Shown one piece after another: positions 63,379 through 64,000 of a stretch of 64,000 nt of DNA. The position numbers were made by a program, and so were the translations under genes. The stretch comes from Malacoraja senta (Eukaryota): NCBI GenBank assembly GCA_038087875.1, contig CM075997.1:5210001-5274000 (forward strand). Reading direction: 5' to 3'. A model generated the notes under the pieces. That model saw nothing but the letters and a program-made list of their open reading frames with translations. It ran no database searches and was not told where the DNA came from. Positions within the stretch are counted from its first letter, which is position 1; each line of letters begins with the position of its first letter.

Positions 63379-64000
63379 TAGATGAAAGTAAGAAATGTAA
63401 CTGTAGGAGTATAGATGTAAGAGTGTGGAGCGATTGTAGTATGAGTTTGTAGATCTGCTTCTGTGGCTAGCCACAAATAGTCTGGGCGCCATCTTCAACT
63501 CATGCTTCAAGTTCAAGTCCAAGAGAGTCAAACTTACCATGTGGATTAATTCACTCACAACATAGCACGCTTCTGAGTTCCTGGAAGAAGTGAAAATCAG
63601 AGATTTAGAACTGTATCTGCCGTTTTTCTGGGAATCCTTATCTGCGTAAAGCGGAAACACAGTTCCAGTTGCATGAGGGAAGATTGCAGAGAACATGTAA
63701 GTGTGAATGAAGAAAACAGGGGAGAGAGCACATTCATCGGAAATATTCAGAAACAGCAGTGAAACGATGGCATGGGCATAGAGGGTGGCATAGTGGTACA
63801 GCAAGCAGTACTGCTTCCCCATAGCTCCAGCGACCCTGGTTCAATGCCCACCCCTGTCTGTGTGGTCATACGTGATAGGAGCAGAATTAGGCCATTCGGC
63901 CCATCAAGTCTACTCCGCTATACAACCATGGCTGATCTATCTCTCCTAACCCCATTCTTCTCCCCATAACGCCACAGCATTTAAGAATAAGGGGTAAGCC

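Overview
Eukaryotic, repeat-saturated vertebrate DNA. The repeat inventory (HE1/V-SINEs, HER1-type CR1 LINEs, Deu-domain SINE relics) points to a cartilaginous fish, probably a skate or ray (inference). Most ORFs in the supplied track are transposon debris. The one host gene I can support is on the + strand: eight phase-compatible coding exons (2616-23105) that join into 662 codons resembling the post-GAP half of ARHGAP11A, but strongly diverged, so possibly a second paralogue. Its RhoGAP exons must lie upstream of the window, and a poly(A) signal sits at 23742. The window also holds a structurally complete but decayed DIRS1-type tyrosine-recombinase retrotransposon (45397-50225, - strand) with inverted termini, an internal complementary region, and gag/RT/RNaseH/methyltransferase/YR remnants. 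Other content: a 3.5-kb CR1 nested in a (GAATT)n array, L1, Vingi-like and Rex1/Babar fragments, Penelope GIY-YIG fragments with many hammerhead-like pseudo-LTR copies, Harbinger-like MITEs, two minisatellites, two local duplications of chimeric junctions, and a 200-N assembly gap. Homology calls come from remembered family motifs, not database searches; most repeat boundaries are approximate.
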